64,000 bases of DNA from the human T2T-CHM13v2.0 reference genome, Homo sapiens. Below are positions 58,031 to 64,000 of this stretch, piece after piece. The DNA lies in assembly GCF_009914755.1 (NCBI RefSeq), contig NC_060947.1; one strand, 5' to 3'. Both the position numbers and the translations under genes were made by a program. Numbering within the stretch: position 1 is the stretch's first letter; each line of letters begins with the position of its first letter. The notes under the pieces were generated by a model. It made no database searches and was not told where the DNA came from. It saw only the letters and a program-made list of their open reading frames with translations.

Positions 58031-58228
58031 AAACACACACTGACCCCACCCAAATCTCATCTTACATTTTAGCTCCCATAACCCCCACGTGTTGTGGGAG
58101 GGACCTGGTGGGAGGTAATTGAATCATGGGGGTGAGTTTTTCCCGTGCTGTTCTTGTGTTAGTGAATACGTCTCATGAGATCTTATGGTTTTGTAAAGGG
58201 CAGTTCCCCTGCACACGAACTTTCCTGC

Positions 58229-59775
58229 TGAGAGGTGACAGTGTGATGGCAGTCCTCAGAGCCCTCGCTTGCTCTGGGCAACTCCCCTGCCTGGGCTCCC
58301 ACTTTGGTGGCATTTGAGGAGCCCTTCAGCCCCCCACTGCACTGTGGGAGCCCCTTTCTGGGCTGGCCAAGGCCGGAACCCACTCCCTCAGCTTGCAGGG
58401 AGGTGTGGAGGGAGAGGCACGAGCGGGAACCGGGGCTGCGTGCGGCGCTTGCGGGCCAGCTGGAGTTCCGGGTGGGCGTGGGCTTGGCGGGCACCGCACT
58501 CGGAGCAGCCAGCCAGCCCTGCTGGCCCCGGGCAATGGGGGACTTAGCACCCGGGCCAGTGGCTGCGGAGGGTGTACTGAGTCCCCCAGCAGTGCTGGCC
58601 CACCGGCGCTGTGCTCGATTTCTCGCCGGGCCTTAGCTGCCTTCCCACGGGGCAGGGCTCGGGACCTGCAGCCCGCCATGCCTGAGCCTCCCACCGCCTC
58701 CATGGGCTCCTGTGCGGCCCGAGCCTCCCTGACGAGCACCACCCCCTGCTCCACGGCGCTCAGTCCCATCGACCACCCAAGGGCTGAGGAATGCGAGCAC
58801 ACAGCGCAGGACTGGCAGGCAGCTCCACCTGCAGCCCCAGTGTGGGATCCACTAGGTGAAGCCAGCTGGGCTCCTGAGTCTGGTGGGGACGTGGAGAGTC
58901 TTTATATCTAGCTCAGGGATTGTAAATACACCAATCAGCACCCTGTGTTTAGCTCAAGGTTTGTGAGTGCACCAATCGACACTCTGTATCTAGCTGCTCT
59001 GGTGAGGACGTGGAGAGTCTTTACCTCTAGCTCAAGGATTGTAAATACACCAATCAGCACTCTGTATCTAGCTCAAGGTTTGTAAACACACCAATCAGCA
59101 CCCTGGTTTAGCTCAAGGTTTGTGAGTGCACCGGTCGACACTCTGTATCTAGCTGCTCTGGTGGGCCTTGGAGAACCTGTGTGTCGAAACTCTGTATCTA
59201 ACTAATCTGTTGGGGACATGGAGAACCTTTGTATCTAGCTCTGGGATTGTAAATGCACCAATCAGCGCCATGACAAAACAGGCCACTCGGCTCTACCAAT
59301 CAGCAGGATGTGGGTGGGGCCAGATAAGAGAATAAAAGCAGGCTGCCCGAGCCAGCATTGGCAACCCACTTGGGTCCCCTTCCACACTGTGGAAGCTTTG
59401 TTGTTTCGCTCTTTGCAATAAATCTTGCTACTGCTCACTCTTTGGGTCCACGCTGCTTTTATGAGTTGTAACACTCACGGCGAAGATCTGCAGCTTCACT
59501 CCTGAGCCCAACGAGACCACGAGCCCACCGGGAGGAACGAACAACTCCAGACGCACTGCCTTAAGAGCTGTAACACTCACCGCGAAGGTCTGCAGCTTCA
59601 CTCCTGAGCCAGCGAGACCACGAACCCACCAGAAGGAAGAAACTCCAAACACATCTGAACATCAGAAGGGGCAGACTCCAGACGCGCCACCTTAAGAGCT
59701 GTAACACTCACCACGAGGGTCCGCGGCTTCATTCTTGAAGTCAGTGAGACCAAGAACCCACCAATTCCGGACACA
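58229..59775 (+). mobile_element. LTR12C (ERV9) solo LTR, full length
   Basis: Starts tgagaggtgacag, ends ccaattccggacaca; 4-bp TSD ctgc; CpG-rich U3, tandem enhancer repeats, U5 repeats. Confidence 0.97.
58900..59340 (+). promoter_or_regulatory. LTR12C U3 enhancer/promoter
   Basis: Six CCAAT boxes (58931, 58972, 59050, 59091, 59258, 59296), tatc/GATA motifs and a TATA-like aataaaa at 59331; activity not shown. Confidence 0.7.
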
Positions 59776-61079
59776 CTGCCGCCATGTAAGACGTGCCTTT
59801 GCTCTTCCTTCACCTTCTGCCATGATTGTGAGGCTTCCCCAGCTATGTGGAACTGTGAATCTATTAAACCTCTTTTTCTTTATAAATTACCCAGTCTTGG
59901 GTATTTCTTCATAGCAGTATGAAAATGGACTAATACACACACTGATAAGGACCATATGCCTACTCACTATTGGCAAGTGTTAAGAAGCAGAATAGGTCTT
60001 TAACATTCCTAAGGTATTTAACCATCAGACCTTCTTGAATTTCCAAATTGGTTAATTTCCCTGGAACATAGCATCCTTCATCAAATGCAGCAAAATATAA
60101 CTTCCTGAGCAAGAACATGTATGTGACAAGCAAAGAAAACAAAGCCACCTTGAGAAAAAAATGCTAGCAGTCGGCTGGACTTCCCTTAGTAAGAGGCTTG
60201 CTGTGGTGCCTGAAATTCATGCCCCACCAAAAATAGAAATGACTGTCAGGGTCACTCACAAAGAGTTGGAATGGTAGTTGTTGAATCTTCAGATGCCCAG
60301 AATCCACCATATTTGTCGAGCAATAGGGTTTCCTTTTTTGAGCTCCAGATATTCGGGGTTAAAGTGTTTTGTTTGAGAAGTTAGGTGGGTGGATTGGGAG
60401 TCTCAATGAGCTTTTCTGGATGAAGGGATTGGAATTTTTGTGGAGGAGATGGTAAAGGGAGTCAAGGAATAGTTGGGGATTGATAGCTACAGAGAAAAAT
60501 TAAATGGAGTTCAGCTACAGTTCAACTCAGCCTCCTCTTCCTGCCTGTGGTATAACAGCAGTTACCTTCCCTATAGAAAGAGATCGTTATAAGCACAGGG
60601 AACAAAGAATTTATTGCACTGGGTTATCCATCGTACATAAGTTATTTTGACTAGATAAAAAGAGTATGGTGTTTCTGAGCCATCTGCCTAGAAATAGCTT
60701 TGTAGTAAGCAGTCTTTATAATGGTGTTTATTGTAATGGGATTTTGTTTTTATCATTGGCCAGAGGTCAGGTGATCTACCATGTTTCCTATTAAATTTTG
60801 GATTTCTCCTTCTATAAGTCATTTTTTCCTAAAGAGATTGGACAACTGGGATATGTTTAGTAGCTGACTTGTGCCCAGCAAGTTGAAAAAAAAATTATGA
60901 ATTTGGGAAAATAGTTATGCCACTCCTAAGCCATTCTGTTTTCTTTTTACCTGCAGTGTTTAGCTTAAAGTCCTTAAAATGCCATTTAGGGCCTTGTGAA
61001 ATCTCACCCCGAAATATATTTCCAGTTCATACCCTCCCAACCCTGCTACCACCCAAACCTATGCCCACTCTATAATAGT

Positions 61080-61470
61080 TGGATATTTAAAGTTCTCCAA
61101 ATACATACTCTTGTGACTAGGTCCATGCTATTTCCTATTTCATCTACTAAAAATATTCTCCCTGCCATCGCTACCTAGTGAACTCCTATCTATCCTTCAA
61201 AGCCCAGCTCAAATATCACATTTTTTGGACTATCTTCCATGACTCTTGCTCCCTCCTTGTCCCCAGGTACAATGAATCACTTCCTTTTCTGTCCCCCAAT
61301 GGTACTTTTTTCAACCGTCTGTCAGAGTCATTGACACAGTCTTCTAGAATTAACTTCCCAACTAATTTTTAACAACTTGAGGATAGAGACACTGTTTCGT
61401 GCATCTTTGCATTCTCTGCACCCAGAAATATTGTTGCTACAAAGTAGACATTTTTAAATGTGGGTTGAGG
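61080..61470 (+). mobile_element. L2 3' fragment
   Basis: aactcctatctatccttcaaagcccagctcaaatatcac...cttgaggatagagacactgt. Confidence 0.7.
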
Positions 61471-61906
61471 AAATGCCTCAATCAACGAATTAATCAATAG
61501 GATGGAAAATCTGCAACTATGTGCTCTTTGTGGCTTACAAGTTAAACACTCAACACATGTCAGCACAGCATAATAACAGCCTGTTTACTGAGTGCCTACT
61601 TTCTTCTGGCACAATGCATACATTTTATCTCACATCAATTCTACTACATAATTATTATTACCATGTTTATTTTTTAAATAAATAAACCAAGTTATGTGTA
61701 TAGCCCTTGTGGCTGGGGTCCAGTCCTTTGTGTTCCATTGAAGGATATCCATTGCCACCTTTAGGGCAAGATGGATGGAATAAAGAGGAAATCTGGCCTA
61801 TAGCACCCCTCAGTCTATTTCTATGTCATCCTTCCTGTGTCTTTCTGCTGACCAGTGGCCATCATTGGTTAAACTGAAGATAGTTTTAACACAAAAAAAC
61901 AATGGT

Positions 61907-62160
61907 GGCTGGGCCCAGTGGCACATGCCTATAATCCCAGCACTTTGGGAGGCTGAGGCTGGCAGATCACTTGAGCCCAGGAATTCGAGACTAGCCTAGG
62001 CAACATGGTGAAACCTTGTTGAAACCTCATGGTCTCAGGTACTTGGGAGGCTGAGGGGGGAGGATCACCTGAGCCCAGGGAGGTCAAGGCTGCAGTGAGC
62101 TGTGATCGCACTACTGCATTCCAGCCTGGGTGACCGAGTGAGACTATGTCTCAAAAAAGA
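61907..62160 (+). mobile_element. AluJ with internal deletion and microsatellite-derived tail
   Basis: Central A-rich linker absent; tail decays into AAG/AAC repeats; TSD aacaatggt at 61898-61906 and 62203-62211. Confidence 0.9.
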
Positions 62161-63127
62161 AGAAGAAGAAAACAAAACAACAGCAACAACATAAAAAATA
62201 ACAACAATGGTAGCAGTAGCATCCTCCTGGTAGCAGTAGCTCTTGGAATCATGATCCCTCCCCCTACCACAAGAATGGTCCCTCCCCTACGCCTGAGTTG
62301 GCCAGATTTCACAGAAATATTGCTAGAATATGCCACTGGCCATTCTGGAAGGGCTAGCCATCAGACCTCAGGGTCCAGCTCAGAGGTAAACTCTGTGGTG
62401 ATTCTCCACAAGCACTAGGGAGTGGTTTGGGCTTTTCAGTAATACAGGCTTTCCGGCCGAGCCTATCAGGGCCATACTTTGAAGCTCTAGGAAACATGTT
62501 GGCTCCCATTCCTCACCCCCTTCTCCATTATCTCTAATGCCATTAGCTCGATGTGCCATCCCACTAATGATCTACTGCTACTTGGTAGTCAGAAATTTAT
62601 TTTTACTCACTACATGCCATCTATATTCCTCATCCAAGATAGTGGTAGGGTCCTTCTTAGTGGCATCATTTGTTAATCAGACTCACACAAATGAAAATAA
62701 AGGAAAACAATGGCATAAATTTAAAAACAACAGAAATCTCCATTTTCTAAAATACACACGTATCTTAATAACAGCTAAATAAATCCAACCTTAGCTTCGT
62801 GATTGTTTTTTACAGAAGATTAACTTTCTTTAAAATAGGAAAAGGAAAAATATAATTCACAGAAAAAAAACAAATCAAGCATGTATTTTAAAGAATGCAC
62901 CTTTTCTCTAGTTCAGGAGTTTATAGAATTGCTCCTTAATCCTCAGGTGAAAAGGTTGAAAGTGGCCGATGCAGGAGTGTGTTAGCCTCCTGGAAACCCT
63001 GGTCTACCGCCAGTCTCAGGGACTCCAGCTCACCTTGGAGATAGTCCTCCTGCCTGAGTACCCAAGGGCAGAATAAGGTGGTAGCCACATGATATCTACT
63101 ATTAAACCCAAAATTTTATATATTTGG

Positions 63128-63960
63128 GTAGACATTTCAGCAAAGAAGATACATGAATGGCAAATAAGCACATTTCAAAAGATGCTCAACATCATTAGTC
63201 ATCAGGAAAATGCATATTGACACCACAATGAGATAGTATTTCACATCCCACTAAAATGGCTATAATTTAAAAAAAAAAAGACAATGACAAATGTTGGTGA
63301 GAATATGGAGAAACTGGAACCCTCATATGTTACTGGTGAGAATGTGAAATGGAAAACAGTTCATTAGTTTATTTAAACTTGAAACCTAAATTTACCTTAT
63401 GACCCAGCAATTCCTCTCCTAGGAATCTACCCAAGAGAAATGAAAACATATGTCCACACAAAGATTTGCATGTAAATGTTCATAGCACCATTATTCACGA
63501 TAGCCAAAAATGTGGAAACAACCCAAATATCCAACTGGTGAATGGATAGACAAAATGTGGTACAGCTGTAACAACAGAAAGCTATTCAATAATAGGAGGG
63601 AATAAAATGATACATGCTAGAGAACATGAATGAATTTCAGAAATAACATTATGCTGAGTGAAAGAAGCCAGATCCAAAAGACCACATATTGTATGACTCC
63701 ATTTCTATTAAACGTCCAGAATAGGCAAATCTACAGAGACAGAAGGTAGATTGGTGATTGCCTCAGGCTGGGAGTGGGAAAATAGGTTAAATTGTAAACA
63801 GGCATGAGAGATCTTCTGTGGGTGCTGGAAATGGTCTAAAACTGGATTATAATGATGGTTGCACAACTTGGTAAATGTTTTTTAAATCACTAAGTTGTGC
63901 TCTTAAAATGGGTGATTTTTGTGTGTAAAATATGCCTCAATACAATTGTTTTTAAAAAAA
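63128..63960 (+). mobile_element. L1MB-like 3' end
   Basis: agacatttcagcaaagaagat...gatgctcaacatcattagtcatcagg...gacccagcaattcc...ggcaaatctacagagacagaa. Confidence 0.88.
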
Positions 63961-64000
63961 TAGAAATTTTAACAGAGCTGCATTTTATACAGCACCAGCC

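Larger units (their letters stand above)
58041..59937 (+). mobile_element. THE1C/D-like solo LTR split by LTR12C
   Basis: Left part 58041-58228, right part 59776-59937 ending ggactaataca; TSD cacac at 58036-58040 and 59938-59942. Confidence 0.92.

Noticed and set aside
58183-58911. Overlapping 90-170 aa ORFs on both strands
   Set aside because: Result of the GC-rich LTR12C U3 having few stop codons
58880-59760. Regularly spaced repeats resembling a CRISPR array
   Set aside because: Standard LTR12 U3 and U5 tandem repeats; no unique spacers, no cas genes, eukaryotic context

Overview
Primate (human-like/hominoid) non-coding genomic DNA, intergenic or deep intronic. I can support no cellular protein-coding gene, tRNA, rRNA or CRISPR array. 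The only recognisable coding remnant is the disrupted ORF2 of a 5'-truncated L1PA (42133-45903, minus strand, 13-bp TSD). The rest is a layered repeat landscape: six Alus, THE1/MST/MLT1/LTR16 solo LTRs, an intact LTR12C nested in a THE1 LTR, old L1M/L2/MIR fragments and DNA-transposon MITEs (MER20, MER33, MER5, MADE1). The most unusual signals are local self-copying structures that ordinary transposition does not explain: (1) a ~272-bp-arm, ~93%-identical inverted repeat at 12734-13553 that duplicates an MLT1/MIR insertion junction; (2) a 193-bp dispersed direct duplication at 51098/52388, with an (ATTT)11 microsatellite in only one copy; (3) a mosaic of short direct and inverted copies at 16487-16847; (4) an L2 fragment inside a younger MLT1 LTR; (5) a compact pre-miRNA-like hairpin at 3009-3085. 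I cannot demonstrate a new biological system from sequence alone; these are candidates. Repeat subfamily names come from my recall of consensus sequences, not from a search, and boundaries of old repeats are approximate.
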